From Opitutales bacterium (GTDB lineage Bacteria > Verrucomicrobiota > Verrucomicrobiia > Opitutales > PNEW01): a stretch of DNA of 64,000 nucleotides. A model generated the notes under the pieces. That model did not search any database. It was given only the letters and a program-made list of their open reading frames with translations, and was not told where the DNA came from. How positions within the stretch are numbered: position 1 is the stretch's first letter; each line of letters starts with the position of its first letter. Below, piece after piece: positions 19,752 to 31,645 of the stretch. The stretch spans positions 445,562 through 509,561 of the forward strand of contig CBDANS010000005.1 of assembly GCA_965197745.1 (NCBI GenBank). The letters run 5' to 3'. Made by a program: the position numbers and the translations under genes.

Positions 19752-20155
19752 GATAAATCTAAGATTATCGCTCAAACTTCATAACGGCCACGACAACGCG
19801 TGGCCCTCCAGGATAAAAAAATGGAGGGCCACGCGTTGTCGTGGCCGTCGTTGTAATATATAAAACAGGAGAATAAAATGGAGGGACGCGCATAGCCTTG
19901 ACGATAGCTGATCGCGTCCGTTGAGATGGTCGAGTTCAAAGAGTCCCAAATAATTACTCGATCTTCGTCTACGTCCGAGTCTTCGTCCCCGGGTGATCGC
20001 AGATAGAGGCAAATCAAGGGTAATTGGACGAAGACGAAGAGGCAGACGAAGACGAAGAAGTATACGGGAAATGACAAATTTTTGCTATGAGAATAAAATT
20101 GAGATTATCGATCAAACTTCCTAGCGGCCACGACGGAGCGTGGCCCTCCAGGAAA
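19752..20155. repeat. IS-free copy of the composite REP-like repeat (about 1.2 units)
   Basis: Homologous to the 4412-6262 array. Includes the perfect inverted pair ACGGCCACGACAACGCGTGGCCCTCCA / TGGAGGGCCACGCGTTGTCGTGGCCGT. Lies between convergent genes. Confidence 0.9.
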
Positions 20156-20162
20156 ATAAACC

Positions 20163-21860
20163 TTACCACCCCAACATGGCATTGAGACGGGCGAGCATCA
20201 TATTACCTACAGCGTCAAAGGAGAACTTTTCTTTAATAGTGTCAGCGGCATTGAGAGCAAGTTTTCGATATAGATTTTCATCTTCAAATAATTTTTTCAA
20301 TTGGTAGGCGGCATGATCCGTATCCGCATTGGCCCATACCTGGCCGGCACGGTAATGTCCCGCATCGTTTTCAAGTTTCACCAATTCATAGTTCACGGGA
20401 CATCCATTATTCTCATCAATGAATTCAGCAGGAGCAGACCAGTTGGTACTCACTACCGGTTTTTGAAGATACATCGCTTCCGCAAGTCCCAGACCGAATC
20501 CCTCAGATCGATGCAGGGATACAAAAACGTCGCAACATTTTATCAATTCATAGATTTGTTGACGTTCTAAAGTTACATTCAAGATAGAGATATTCGACAT
20601 AGTTGATACCTGCTCTTTTAAATTAATAAAATCCGGAAATTCATCTTTTGCGTTGTGCACTTTAATCAGGAGGTGAACGGAGCTATTATCGGAAAATTCC
20701 TTGAGAAATGAATTTATAGCGGCATGCGGATTTTTGCGATCCTGATTGGATCCATAATCATACATGCACAGGAAAATAAAGGTCTTTTCTGGAATATTAA
20801 AGTCACTCCTCTCGGTCTTACCCTCAATTTCGAATTGAACAGGGTGCGGCATAGTGAGAACGGGCACCGGTGATTTCATCATGATCGCATCCCGCGCGAA
20901 ATCTGAGGGAGTCCATATCTCTTCTACGTAATCGAAATTCCTAATATATTCATCAGGGAATTCGCTCAATTCCCAGGCCCAATAGCCAATATTAAGTTTC
21001 TTTTCGAATATCTTGTGGCCGTGAACTCGTGAGATGTTATCCATGGATCCGGGATCAATATGAAATATATTAACGGGATACGAATTGTCCGTTGTTAATT
21101 GATCCGATAAAATATTTTTATCGTAAGGTGAGGCGCAGTAAGTCCTTAATTCGTTGAGATTGGTTGCGATGCCCACTTTGCGGGCAGCTTTCGCGGCGAG
21201 ACGAGCTCCCTCCGTAATTCCGTTCTGATGCTTGAAATGAGAGGCAATATTAATCCCCAATGTCCTATGGTGATCGAGAAATGAAGTTGCCGGCAAAAAA
21301 ACTTTCGTCGCGTTGAAATCAATTAAACCGAAATCGCCAATTGATATTTTAGATATTTTTAAACGTCTCTTCCCTGTTTCGTTAATATATTTATTAAGGA
21401 ATTTGCGTATCACTTCAGGCATTATAAAATAAAAATAGCTTCTCCCGAGACTGGCGAAGAAGGATCTCAATCTGACTTTATTTAAGCGTATTTTAATTTG
21501 ATTATTATTTTTCTTCAGAATCCTACCGGGATAGCTGAGTTTATACGAAAATTTACCGTAATTGAATAAAGTACAAGTTTTTAACCGTTTATGATTTAAA
21601 TATACGGAAAAAGAAAAAGACTTTGCTTTTTTACCGGAGAGAAGCTCTGAAGTTAAGCCGTAGAATCCTTCTATCGTAATGTCGCCGTCCAGGCCTGGAG
21701 GGATAAAGACCACAGCTATATTATCGGGAATCCACCGTCCTTTAAAGAGATCTCCGGTATCTGTTTTAAAACCCAGGTAGAGCGGTGCTTTAGACTCTAT
21801 CTTTCGAGTCGTGATATTTATATGGCGATATCCATCCAGGTATGAATTTTTAAGTTTCAT
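20163..21860 (-). CDS. GT4-family glycosyltransferase
   Basis: GYWAWEL, RKNP and [16 protein letters not shown] motifs; AT-rich. Confidence 0.88.
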   Translation of the reverse strand: MKLKNSYLDGYRHINITTRKIESKAPLYLGFKTDTGDLFKGRWIPDNIAVVFIPPGLDGDITIEGFYGLTSELLSGKKAKSFSFSVYLNHKRLKTCTLFNYGKFSYKLSYPGRILKKNNNQIKIRLNKVRLRSFFASLGRSYFYFIMPEVIRKFLNKYINETGKRRLKISKISIGDFGLIDFNATKVFLPATSFLDHHRTLGINIASHFKHQNGITEGARLAAKAARKVGIATNLNELRTYCASPYDKNILSDQLTTDNSYPVNIFHIDPGSMDNISRVHGHKIFEKKLNIGYWAWELSEFPDEYIRNFDYVEEIWTPSDFARDAIMMKSPVPVLTMPHPVQFEIEGKTERSDFNIPEKTFIFLCMYDYGSNQDRKNPHAAINSFLKEFSDNSSVHLLIKVHNAKDEFPDFINLKEQVSTMSNISILNVTLERQQIYELIKCCDVFVSLHRSEGFGLGLAEAMYLQKPVVSTNWSAPAEFIDENNGCPVNYELVKLENDAGHYRAGQVWANADTDHAAYQLKKLFEDENLYRKLALNAADTIKEKFSFDAVGNMMLARLNAMLGW

Positions 21861-22032
21861 CGACGAAAAAAAGAACGCATCAATATTGAAACGTCAACTT
21901 GTCAAATTCAATTCCTATTACAAGTGTAATCTCTCAGTGTTCCCGGCTGAAAAAGCAAGGCGAACCGATAATAAATGGGAATATAGGTTGTTTTTTACTT
22001 TTCGCATTTGGATTTTAATCTATAAGGAAACT

Positions 22033-22407
22033 ATGAGTAATAGAATGCATAAAATTGCCTGTGCCTTCGGCGTCGATAAAGTTAAACGACATATATTTCT
22101 CTGTTGTGATCAAACTAAGCCCGAGTGTTGCGACAAAGAGGTGGGATTAAAGTCCTGGGAATTTCTTAAAGCGCGGCTCAGTGAACTTAAATTATCGGAA
22201 AAAGGTGGTATCTACCGCACGAAAGCAAACTGTTTGCGTATATGCGAGAACGGTCCCATCGCCGTGATTTACCCTGAAGGTACATGGTACCGGTCCTGTA
22301 CCCCGGAAGTGTTAGAGAGAATAATTCAGGAACATCTTATTGGTGGGCAGCCGGTAAAAGAGTATATGTTTATAGAAAAACCACTGAAAATAGAGAGTGA
22401 AATTTGA
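22033..22407 (+). CDS. Thioredoxin-like [2Fe-2S] ferredoxin
   Basis: HIFLC...CC...[25 protein letters not shown] ribosome-binding site before the ATG at 22033. Confidence 0.88.
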   Translation: MSNRMHKIACAFGVDKVKRHIFLCCDQTKPECCDKEVGLKSWEFLKARLSELKLSEKGGIYRTKANCLRICENGPIAVIYPEGTWYRSCTPEVLERIIQEHLIGGQPVKEYMFIEKPLKIESEI

Positions 22408-22531
22408 GATATTCGCTCCTCATTAAGTCGGGATTGCAATTAGGATGGGTGGTTCAATTCTTTATGTCAGGGAAGACAAGAAGGTTCTACTGGTATTAAA
22501 GGGTAGTATGGAAAATACTGATACCCAATAA

Positions 22532-23389
22532 TTGATGATTCCCTCCATGGCTTTACCCCAAGCGTTATCCTTCGAATCGGGGGAAATAAAGCATCGCATC
22601 TGGCATTGGCCATCCCGTCAACCTGAGATATCAACGATCGTTGCGCTTCACGGTTTTACAGGAAGTGGTCAGGATTTTGCAGCAGTAGCGGATAAAAGGA
22701 ACGAGATGACGGCCTGGTATGCGCCCGATTTTCTTGGCCACGGACAGTCCGATTCACCTCATGATATCAAGCATTACACGATAGAATCGTTTGCTGATTA
22801 TTTTGACGCTATGCTGGCTGTTTTAAATATTACCCGGCCGATAATTTTAGGGTATTCAATGGGGGGCAGGGCGGCTATCCATTACACAATAACAAAGCCT
22901 GATGATGTCCGCGCCCTCGTTCTTATCGGAGCAACAGCGGGAATTGCTGACAGCAGTGTAAGGGAGATACGCCGCAAAGAAGACGATAAACTTGCTCACC
23001 ATATATTGTCTGATGACATCGAATTATTTGCCAGGAAATGGGAGACTAAACCTATTATTGCTACACAAAAATATATCCCGGAACCCTATCGAAAAGCGGT
23101 GATGGAACGGCGCCGAAAAAATAAACGGTCAGGGCTGGCCAAGAATTTACGCGCAATGGGGACAGGGGCGATGAACCCTGTTTGGGATAACCTGAAAATG
23201 ATAACCTGCCCGACGCTTTTAATTACCGGTGAAACCGATCATAAATTTACACGCATTGCCGTGGAGATGGAGAAACAAATAGCGTCAGCGGAGCATTCTG
23301 TGATACCCGACACGGGTCATGCCGCGCATCTTGAGTCACCTGAAATAGTTGCGGAAAAGCTGCATGCTTTTTTGAATGAAGCACCTTGA
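22532..23389 (+). CDS. Alpha/beta hydrolase, MenH-like
   Basis: LHGFTGS, GYSMGGR, GE.D.KF and GHAAHLE motifs. Confidence 0.85.
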   Translation: MMIPSMALPQALSFESGEIKHRIWHWPSRQPEISTIVALHGFTGSGQDFAAVADKRNEMTAWYAPDFLGHGQSDSPHDIKHYTIESFADYFDAMLAVLNITRPIILGYSMGGRAAIHYTITKPDDVRALVLIGATAGIADSSVREIRRKEDDKLAHHILSDDIELFARKWETKPIIATQKYIPEPYRKAVMERRRKNKRSGLAKNLRAMGTGAMNPVWDNLKMITCPTLLITGETDHKFTRIAVEMEKQIASAEHSVIPDTGHAAHLESPEIVAEKLHAFLNEAP

Positions 23390-23418
23390 GCTGCAAGCAG
23401 AGGACTCCTGTTTGATCA

Positions 23419-25152
23419 TTACTTGGAAATCGGCGACTGGTAATTATCTGTTATCAGGGGTAACCAGAGTTTCATCTTAGTGCCTTGAGGTGAACTTTCG
23501 ACTAACTCAATATCCCCCCGATGACTTAAAAGAATACGCTTAACAATAGACAACCCCAGGCCTGAACCCTCGCTGCGCCCACTGAGAAAAAATGTGAATA
23601 TATCCTCTTGAATTTCCCGCGGTATGCCGGTTCCTCTATCCGAGATTTCGACAAAAGCGACAGGGATGTTCTCACGATCACCCCTGGACAATTCGATATG
23701 AATCTCACCACCACTCGGCATAGCTTGAGTTGCATTTATAATTAAATTCAGGAATGTCTGCTGAAGCTGGCCTTTATCACCCTCTACTGGGAGGGATAGA
23801 TCGTCGTTACTATAGTGCAGGTTAATTTTACTCTGTTGAAGCTTGAGGCGCACGAGATGAAGCGTGTCTTGGATTATATCATTCAGCATTAAAGGTGAGT
23901 GGATGCCCTCGTTAGACTTCGCGAAACTTAGGACACGGGAAACGATGCCATCGAGTTGAACGAGTTTTTCACCAATAATGGAACTATCTTTATGGCGAAT
24001 ATCGTCAGGGTTATAATTTAGATTGAGCGACTCAAAGAGCAGTTTGATGACCATAAGTGGATTGCGTATTTCATGGGCAATTTCGGCAGCAAGGAGCCCG
24101 AGAGTGGTGAGGCGCTCATTTTTACGGAGTGATTCTTCGCTGCTGAAGACACGTGAATAAAGGCGAGAATTCTGTATGGCGACAGCACTTAAACTGGCAA
24201 GCGTGCTGAATATTTTCTTTTCGTCATCGTTAAAACGATATGGCTGATCGGTATAGGCGTTGAGCACACCGATGACTTCGTTTTCATAAATAATGGGAGA
24301 AGCGAGTAATGATATGAGTCCTTCTGTTTTTGCGAGTGGGATAAAATGATGTTCTTCTGTCTTGCGTAAATCAGCGACTTCGACCTGTTTTTTACGCATG
24401 ATGGAAGTTCCAATTGCGCTATCCTCGAGATTCAAACTCTCCTTATAATCCGACAGCGTCGATACCCCGGTCATTGAGCGCAGGGTGAGAACATTACTCT
24501 CTTTTCCCAACATAAACAGGGCACAGACTTTACATCCCATTATTTTCAGCGCTTCTTGAGTGATGTTATCGAGGAGCTCATCGAGTTCGAGTTTGGAAAC
24601 CAGTTTCTGCCCCATATTGATCAGCAATTCGAGCTGTTTTGCTTTAATGGTCAGCTGCCTGATGAGCCAGAGTTTGCTTACTACACGGGTGGCATCATTA
24701 GTAAGCAAAGTAAGCATTTTGAGATCAGCCTCGTCAAAGGCATTGAGTTTTTCGCTGTCGACATTAACGACACCTATAACAATTCCCTGATCTTCCATCG
24801 GAACTGCCATCTCGGATTGAATCGTTTCTTTTACCGGATAATACCGCGGATCTTTCGATACATCGCTGACCAGAAGCGGCTCTCCATGAAGCGCCACCCA
24901 ACCAGTAACCCCTTGGCCCAGACGCAATTGTAACTCTTTTGAGAATTCCGGCAAACCCCGATAAACTTCAATTTCCAGATTTTTATTTTCTGGATTAATC
25001 AGGGCAATTGAGGCGCTCGTGGCATGGAGGACTTGAACAATTTCATCTAATATAAATTCAAGGGCTTCCTGGGGGTCATCGGTATGACTGACCAGGCTGC
25101 TTATGCGATAGAGCGAGTCATGTGCGGCAAAGCCTTTTTCAGTATTTTTCAT
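23419..25152 (-). CDS. Double-GAF sensor histidine kinase
   Basis: Two GAF domains, AHEIRNPL, NLIINA, D.G.GI and GSGLGL. Confidence 0.92.
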   Translation of the reverse strand: MKNTEKGFAAHDSLYRISSLVSHTDDPQEALEFILDEIVQVLHATSASIALINPENKNLEIEVYRGLPEFSKELQLRLGQGVTGWVALHGEPLLVSDVSKDPRYYPVKETIQSEMAVPMEDQGIVIGVVNVDSEKLNAFDEADLKMLTLLTNDATRVVSKLWLIRQLTIKAKQLELLINMGQKLVSKLELDELLDNITQEALKIMGCKVCALFMLGKESNVLTLRSMTGVSTLSDYKESLNLEDSAIGTSIMRKKQVEVADLRKTEEHHFIPLAKTEGLISLLASPIIYENEVIGVLNAYTDQPYRFNDDEKKIFSTLASLSAVAIQNSRLYSRVFSSEESLRKNERLTTLGLLAAEIAHEIRNPLMVIKLLFESLNLNYNPDDIRHKDSSIIGEKLVQLDGIVSRVLSFAKSNEGIHSPLMLNDIIQDTLHLVRLKLQQSKINLHYSNDDLSLPVEGDKGQLQQTFLNLIINATQAMPSGGEIHIELSRGDRENIPVAFVEISDRGTGIPREIQEDIFTFFLSGRSEGSGLGLSIVKRILLSHRGDIELVESSPQGTKMKLWLPLITDNYQSPISK

Positions 25153-25309
25153 ATCGAGCTGTGAGGGGACGAACCGCGGTCGTCACGGGGAAACGAAAAT
25201 AATATTACTTAAGATAGAATGAGGAGACCGCTTCCTTTAATTTGATCATTAGCAATATTATCCTATTAATTCAATAACTCCAAATTCCTGAATGACTAAG
25301 GCCCTGGTC

Positions 25310-28144
25310 TTATACCTTAATTTTTTCTGTCAAACGCGAAACGATATTATTGAGGGATTCCCTCAACGCCAGGAGTTGTGCTGTATCGTCGGGCCTGGAC
25401 TGGTCGATATTCTCAATATAAAAGGTGTCAACGGCAATACTGTGTTCAGTAGAGACACGGACAAAAGTTATATTGAAACCGTGATCAAAAATTGATTTGG
25501 CAAGACGGTAAAGAAGGCCAATTTCATCGTTCGAATGCACTTCAATAATAGTTCTTTGTAGCGAACTTTCATGATAGACATCGACGTTTGGTGGGATAGG
25601 AACCTGTAATTTACCCTCATTATTTATAAGTGAAGGTTTAGTATATTTTTTCCTCTGGCTGATAATATGGGGCATGAGATTCTTATTGTGCAAGAGTGCA
25701 TCATCGAGGTGTTTTTGGAACAGTATTTTTACTCGGTCGTTTTCTACAATTCCACCACCTGGTTCACAGACATAAAAGGTGTCGATTGAAATATGGTCAT
25801 CGCGCGACAAGGCTTTACTGCTTAAAATATTGAGACCCGCTACGCTGAAAGCCCCGGCTATTTTATAAAATAGACCAGAGCGATCCCAGGTAACAAAGTG
25901 CACTACGGTCATACTCAAATTAAGATCGTCCTGCCATTCCACGATGGGGGAGAGGGACTCGATGGAATCTGCTTCTGAGATATGTTTCAAAAGACTGTTA
26001 ATCATTTTCAGATGAAGAGCGATTTCTTCCGCATTATTGTGCTTAAAATAATGATCGGGAAGAAGGTTATAGTGAGCTTCAATCTCTTCGTCTGAGATAT
26101 CGGTTACAATCTCTTTTATTTTGTCATTATTGATTAATTCATTCCTCAGGGCTTTTCTCGATCGATCCGTTTCAGTCCCACTGAGAATCTCAAGGGTGTT
26201 ATTAAAAAGAGCGGTATGGAGCATATCCTTGTAACTGTTCCATAAATTTATGGATGTCCCGCGCGCATCACAGAAAGTATGAACATAGAGATGACGCAGC
26301 CGATCAGGATCACCTATTTTCTCGGCAAAGACCTGCGCGGTTTGAGGATCGTCAATATCATAATGCCGCGAATAACGCGCCATTTCCAAATGGTTATCTA
26401 TTACGAATAATATAAGCTCGCGGTGGTCGGGAATAATTCCCAGACGATCGAGCATACTTTCAGCCATTTCGGCACTGCGATTCGCGTGCCCGGATATTCC
26501 TTTCCCCTTTCCAATATCATGAAGGAGCAGAATAAGGTAGAGGAGGCCTGGCGTATCCGTATCGTGAATTTGGTTGTGGTATTTTTCAACGACCGGATTA
26601 TCGATTTTAAAAACCTGATCGAGCTCACTAATGGTATTGAGGGTGTGAATATCAGCGGTATATCGATGGTAATACTCATGCTGAACGAGACAGGTCAGCC
26701 CTGCGAATTCGGGCATAAAACGTTCTAATACACCCAGTTCATGCATTTTACTCAGGGCCGGGAATACTTCACCGACGCTTTGCAGAATGGAACGGAAACT
26801 ACGGTTAGCGGAGGGGGAATTTATTACATTGTTCGTTATTAAATTCAATGATGAACGAATGAGGTTTTCGAGTTCAAAGTCTAATTCTGCGTGAAATTGC
26901 TGGCTGTGACGAAATATTCTTATCAGGCGCTCCGCATTCTCTTCAAAGATAGTATCATCATCATAGGACAGGGTTTTTACGGTCAGGACAAAGCCATCGA
27001 TATGTTTTTTCCGTTTATATTGATGCGCTTCGATCAATGACTTAAAACTGACCTTGTAATTTCGAGTTAAGGTTAAGCGTCTCTCTAATATCTTAGAGCA
27101 ATGGAATATAGTTTGGGCATGACTGTAATAGTCTCTCATAAACTCTTCCACCCGTAGAAATATATCTTCCTGATGGTAGCCTAGATTCCATGCAACCAGG
27201 GGTTGTTTTTCCAGGTCCATTACGTCCGTACTTCGATTGCTTTGAAAATGCAGTTCATGGCGGACTCTCAGGAGAAAATTATAGGCGCTGCTAAATTTCA
27301 GCAGTTCATTCTCATGCAGGTATTGATGCGTGCCGAGTTCTTCGATACTATTGACGTCTAACTTTATGAATGCCATCCAGAGGATGCTTTGGTAATCGCG
27401 CAGACCTCCTACACCGTTCTTTATATCGGGTTCCTGGATGAAAACAGTATTGCCATAACGGCTGCGGCGTTTCTTCTGTTCCTCGAGGCGGATATGAATA
27501 TATTCTTGAGGTGAGTCTTTAAGACAGTAATTTCTATAGGTTTGCTTGAATTTCTGGTAGAGTTGATCGGAACCGATAATCAATCTGGATTCCAGCTGGG
27601 AATTTTTGGTTTCAATACTATTCCTCGCTTCTCTTATTGTATCTTTGATGGTACGCGTAGAATGGCCCACCTTTAAGCCAATGTCCCATAAAATGTAGAG
27701 TATCATATCGGTTAATGTCTTTTTAAAAAGAGTAAGATTCTGAGAGCGTACCCGATCGGGATAAACGAACATAATATCAACGTCGCTGAACGGACATAAC
27801 TCAGCGCGACCATAGCCCCCCAGGGCTGTTACCGCGACGGGACAGGGAGGCTCTCCATGTTGTGCTTTAAAGGACGCGATGGCCTGCTCATAAAGGTTTT
27901 CAATCAGGACATCGATTACAATGGATCGTGCTTGTGCGACTCGTAATCCACTATCCCCTTTTCGATGATAGCGCAAAATCATCTCATTTTCCAATCGCAG
28001 GAAGGTCTTATAGTGATCGAGCAAATCATCCCGACTTGCGTCACCAGGATGATTGAGCTTTTGGCTGGTGTGTTGCCTGATGCGTCTAAATAGGGGGTCT
28101 TCCATGGATAAAGATGGTGTAGGGGAAAAATCGTCACCTAACAA
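25310..28144 (-). CDS. glnD: [Protein-PII] uridylyltransferase (true start may be the ATG near 28105)
   Basis: ALGGYGR.EL.PFSDVD, GGLRD, HD domain (LLHDIGKG) and two ACT domains. Confidence 0.95.
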   Translation of the reverse strand: MLGDDFSPTPSLSMEDPLFRRIRQHTSQKLNHPGDASRDDLLDHYKTFLRLENEMILRYHRKGDSGLRVAQARSIVIDVLIENLYEQAIASFKAQHGEPPCPVAVTALGGYGRAELCPFSDVDIMFVYPDRVRSQNLTLFKKTLTDMILYILWDIGLKVGHSTRTIKDTIREARNSIETKNSQLESRLIIGSDQLYQKFKQTYRNYCLKDSPQEYIHIRLEEQKKRRSRYGNTVFIQEPDIKNGVGGLRDYQSILWMAFIKLDVNSIEELGTHQYLHENELLKFSSAYNFLLRVRHELHFQSNRSTDVMDLEKQPLVAWNLGYHQEDIFLRVEEFMRDYYSHAQTIFHCSKILERRLTLTRNYKVSFKSLIEAHQYKRKKHIDGFVLTVKTLSYDDDTIFEENAERLIRIFRHSQQFHAELDFELENLIRSSLNLITNNVINSPSANRSFRSILQSVGEVFPALSKMHELGVLERFMPEFAGLTCLVQHEYYHRYTADIHTLNTISELDQVFKIDNPVVEKYHNQIHDTDTPGLLYLILLLHDIGKGKGISGHANRSAEMAESMLDRLGIIPDHRELILFVIDNHLEMARYSRHYDIDDPQTAQVFAEKIGDPDRLRHLYVHTFCDARGTSINLWNSYKDMLHTALFNNTLEILSGTETDRSRKALRNELINNDKIKEIVTDISDEEIEAHYNLLPDHYFKHNNAEEIALHLKMINSLLKHISEADSIESLSPIVEWQDDLNLSMTVVHFVTWDRSGLFYKIAGAFSVAGLNILSSKALSRDDHISIDTFYVCEPGGGIVENDRVKILFQKHLDDALLHNKNLMPHIISQRKKYTKPSLINNEGKLQVPIPPNVDVYHESSLQRTIIEVHSNDEIGLLYRLAKSIFDHGFNITFVRVSTEHSIAVDTFYIENIDQSRPDDTAQLLALRESLNNIVSRLTEKIKV

Positions 28145-28293
28145 TATATTATTAAAGTAAATTAAAACAGGGTATTAGTAATTGTCATCAAATCAAAGAG
28201 TGCTCTTATATAATGAAAGAAGCTTACCCTATTATTCTTTTGACACCTTGTGATATCATCTTTCGCTGATATCCCTTACTAACATACTCACCC

Positions 28294-31026
28294 ATGACAG
28301 AAATTGCAAAAGCTTATGATCCCGAGCTGGTTGAACTGAAATGGTCCCGGGCCTGGATCGATGCGGATGCTTTCCGTGGTTTACCCGACGAAAGCAATGA
28401 GGCATTTTGTATTGTTCTCCCGCCGCCGAATGTAACAGGAGTGCTACACATGGGTCATGTATTGAACGGTACGATCCAGGATATCCTCGTGCGACGCGCG
28501 CGCCAGGAGGGTAAAAAAGTACTATGGCTGCCGGGAACAGATCATGCAAGTATCGCCACCCACGCCCGAATTGAAAGGGAATTAAGGAAAGAAGGAAAAA
28601 CACGCTATGATTTAGGGCGCGAAGCTTTTCTCAAGCGAGCCTGGCAATGGAGCGATGAGCATCGTGGTATTATTCTAAACCAGCTGAAAAAGCTGGGCGC
28701 ATCGTGTGACTGGAGCCGTACCGTATTCACCATGGACGAAGCTTACAGCCGCGCGGTTTTAACCGCTTTTGTCCTGCTCTATGAGCGGGGCTACATTTAC
28801 CGGGGTAATTATATGGGCAAATGGTGCCCCGTGAGCCTTACCGCGTTAAGTGATGAAGAGGTCATTATGAAACCGCAAAAAGGACTCCTCTATAAAATGC
28901 GCTATGAGCTCGTTGAAGATCCCGGTAAATTTCTCGAAATATCCACAACGCGTCCTGAAACATTAATGGGTGACACAGCCGTAGCCGTTCACCCTGAGGA
29001 TTCGCGTTACCAGCACCTGATTGGAAAACACGCATGGCGACCATTTCCCCGTGCGGAACTTCCCATTATTGGTGACGCAGCGGTTGATCGCGAGTTTGGC
29101 ACTGGGGTGCTTAAGGTCACCCCAGCACATGATGAAATGGATTTTCAAATCGGACAGCGTCACAACCTGCCGGTAATCGATGTCTTTAATCCCGACGCTT
29201 CGCTCAATGAACTCGCGGGGGAAGATTTTATTGGCGTTGACCGATTCGAAGCGCGAAAAATCGCGGTTGAGAAACTAAAAGCAATGGACCTTTATGTGGG
29301 GGATGAGCAGTACGAAAATAATATAGGATTTTCCGAACGGGCTGATGTCCCGATCGAACCCCGTATTTCTGATCAATGGTGGATGCGCTACCCTAAAGTT
29401 GAGGAGGCTATTACCGCCTATAAAGAGAGAATTATACAATTTCATCCCGATCGATGGGGAAAAGTCTATCTTCACTGGCTGGAAAATATCAGGGACTGGT
29501 GTATTTCACGACAGCTATGGTGGGGGCATCGTATCCCGGTCTGGTATAAAAAAGAGACGGATCGGAATAATCCTGAGAACTGGCACGTTTCAGTCGATGG
29601 CCCTCCCGATCCTGAAAACTGGGAACAGGAAGAGGATATGCTGGATACCTGGCTCTCCTCCTGGCTGTGGCCATTCGCCACGATGGGATGGCCCGATCCC
29701 AATAATAATGAAAGCGATGATCTTAATTTCTTTTATCCGACCTATGCGCTCGTCACGGGGCCTGACATCATCTTTTTCTGGGTCAGCCGGATGATTATGG
29801 CGGGGCTTGAATTTATGGGGCCAAAAAAGAAAAAGCTGACTCCTGAAGAGATAAAAAAGCGTATTCCATTTCAGAATGTTTATTTTACGGGTATGATACG
29901 TGACCTTCAGGGTCGCAAGATGTCAAAGTCTCTGGGCAACTCCCCTGACCCGCTCGATCTGATTGATAAATTCGGAGCTGATGGACTTCGCTATGGGATC
30001 ATGAGCATTGCTCCGAAAGGGCAGGACATCCTCTTCAGTGAAGAGCGCATAGAACAGGGGCGTAATTATTGCAATAAACTCTGGAATGCCTGCCGCTTCC
30101 GGCAGCTATCCGGCAAGCTCGAGGATAACGCGTCACCGGATAAAATCCTTTCTCGTTTTGAACCGGATAAGTTTGACGAGTACGATCACTGGATCGTCAA
30201 TCAGCTTATAAAAACAGTTCATCAGATAGAAAAATGTTTTGATAATTATGATTTTTATTTAATGGCACAAAGCCTCTACAGCTTATTTTGGAGTGATTAT
30301 TGTGATTGGTATCTTGAGGTATCGAAATCAAAATTAAAAAATGAATCCCTCCGGGATAATTGCCTGACCATTCAGGATTTCATTTTACGCCAGGTTTTAC
30401 TCACTATTCATCCATTTATTCCCTTCATTACGGAGGAACTTTGGCATGAGCTCGGGTATGGAGACAATGAATTATTTATTGAGGATCACCGATTAGAAAG
30501 CAGCTCTCAATTACAAAAACAAATAGCTGAATATGGAATTGATGAAGAAGCCCATTTGATCGCGGCAAATAAAATTGATGAACTTCAGCTGTTTGTCATG
30601 CATGCACGCTATCTCAAGGCCGAGTATAACGTCGCCAATAAGCGTGATGTTAAATTTTATTACACGGTGGATGAAGAGCACCGTGAGCTAGTTGCTTCAC
30701 ACAATGACAATATAAAACATCTCGTTGGCGCTTCTGAAATTAATCCTTGTAATGCTCAGCCGCAAGGAGCGCCGGCAAAAATTACCCCAATGGGCACCAT
30801 TTACCTCGACCTCGCCTCAGCGGTTGACGTCGCGACTGAAAAAGAAAGGCTGAATAAAGAACTCATGCGACTGGAAAAGCAGATCGCAGGATCAGAGGCC
30901 CGTCTAGCAGATGAAAATTTTCTTAAAAAAGCCCCGGAAAAAGTAATCCAGGGAGCGAGAGATCAACTTGCAACTAATAAGACGAAAAGAGAGGAATTTC
31001 AAAAACTCATAAACAATCTGGGTTAA
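28294..31026 (+). CDS. valS: Valine--tRNA ligase
   Basis: PPPNVTGVLHMGH, DWCISRQLWWGH, KMSKS and a C-terminal coiled coil. Confidence 0.97.
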   Translation: MTEIAKAYDPELVELKWSRAWIDADAFRGLPDESNEAFCIVLPPPNVTGVLHMGHVLNGTIQDILVRRARQEGKKVLWLPGTDHASIATHARIERELRKEGKTRYDLGREAFLKRAWQWSDEHRGIILNQLKKLGASCDWSRTVFTMDEAYSRAVLTAFVLLYERGYIYRGNYMGKWCPVSLTALSDEEVIMKPQKGLLYKMRYELVEDPGKFLEISTTRPETLMGDTAVAVHPEDSRYQHLIGKHAWRPFPRAELPIIGDAAVDREFGTGVLKVTPAHDEMDFQIGQRHNLPVIDVFNPDASLNELAGEDFIGVDRFEARKIAVEKLKAMDLYVGDEQYENNIGFSERADVPIEPRISDQWWMRYPKVEEAITAYKERIIQFHPDRWGKVYLHWLENIRDWCISRQLWWGHRIPVWYKKETDRNNPENWHVSVDGPPDPENWEQEEDMLDTWLSSWLWPFATMGWPDPNNNESDDLNFFYPTYALVTGPDIIFFWVSRMIMAGLEFMGPKKKKLTPEEIKKRIPFQNVYFTGMIRDLQGRKMSKSLGNSPDPLDLIDKFGADGLRYGIMSIAPKGQDILFSEERIEQGRNYCNKLWNACRFRQLSGKLEDNASPDKILSRFEPDKFDEYDHWIVNQLIKTVHQIEKCFDNYDFYLMAQSLYSLFWSDYCDWYLEVSKSKLKNESLRDNCLTIQDFILRQVLLTIHPFIPFITEELWHELGYGDNELFIEDHRLESSSQLQKQIAEYGIDEEAHLIAANKIDELQLFVMHARYLKAEYNVANKRDVKFYYTVDEEHRELVASHNDNIKHLVGASEINPCNAQPQGAPAKITPMGTIYLDLASAVDVATEKERLNKELMRLEKQIAGSEARLADENFLKKAPEKVIQGARDQLATNKTKREEFQKLINNLG

Positions 31027-31090
31027 GTGTTTAACCGCGGGTAATAACCCTTTCCACCTGAAATAAATATTAACGATAAAATAAACGAAA

Positions 31091-31564
31091 ATGATATTAG
31101 ACACGATTGATAATATAGAGAAGATCAAGTATATAAAACGCTCGCCGGCACTCCAAGAGGCATTCGATTGGTTTAGGAACACTTCTCAAGACATTGAGGA
31201 GGGGACTTATGAGTTACGCGGAAAAGATTTATATGTAATGGTTGTGGGTTTTGATACCCAACCGAGAAGCGATTGTATTTTTGAATCCCATCGCGCTTAT
31301 GTCGATTTGCAATATATGGTAGAAGGAGGGGAAATTATTGATTGGAGCCCTATTAAAAACCTGACCCCACAGGGAGAATATAACGCGGAAGGCGATTTCC
31401 TGCTATATCCAGCGCCGGAGGGAACACCTACAAGTCTACGGATGACACCCGGGACGTTTGCCATTTTTTTCCCTGAAGACGGTCATAGTGTCAAAATCAA
31501 TGATGGCGTCAATACACGGGCAAAAAAGTGGGTCGCGAAAATAGCCCTGGATCTCCTGGATTAG
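31091..31564 (+). CDS. YhcH/YjgK/YiaL family protein
   Basis: FESHRAYVDLQY and FAIFFPEDGH motifs. Confidence 0.9.
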   Translation: MILDTIDNIEKIKYIKRSPALQEAFDWFRNTSQDIEEGTYELRGKDLYVMVVGFDTQPRSDCIFESHRAYVDLQYMVEGGEIIDWSPIKNLTPQGEYNAEGDFLLYPAPEGTPTSLRMTPGTFAIFFPEDGHSVKINDGVNTRAKKWVAKIALDLLD

Positions 31565-31645
31565 AAGCGAATATTAACAATCCTATTAATTGATAAAGTG
31601 TGGGGACAGCAATTTATCAATCATATCTATAATATCTGAAACCCG

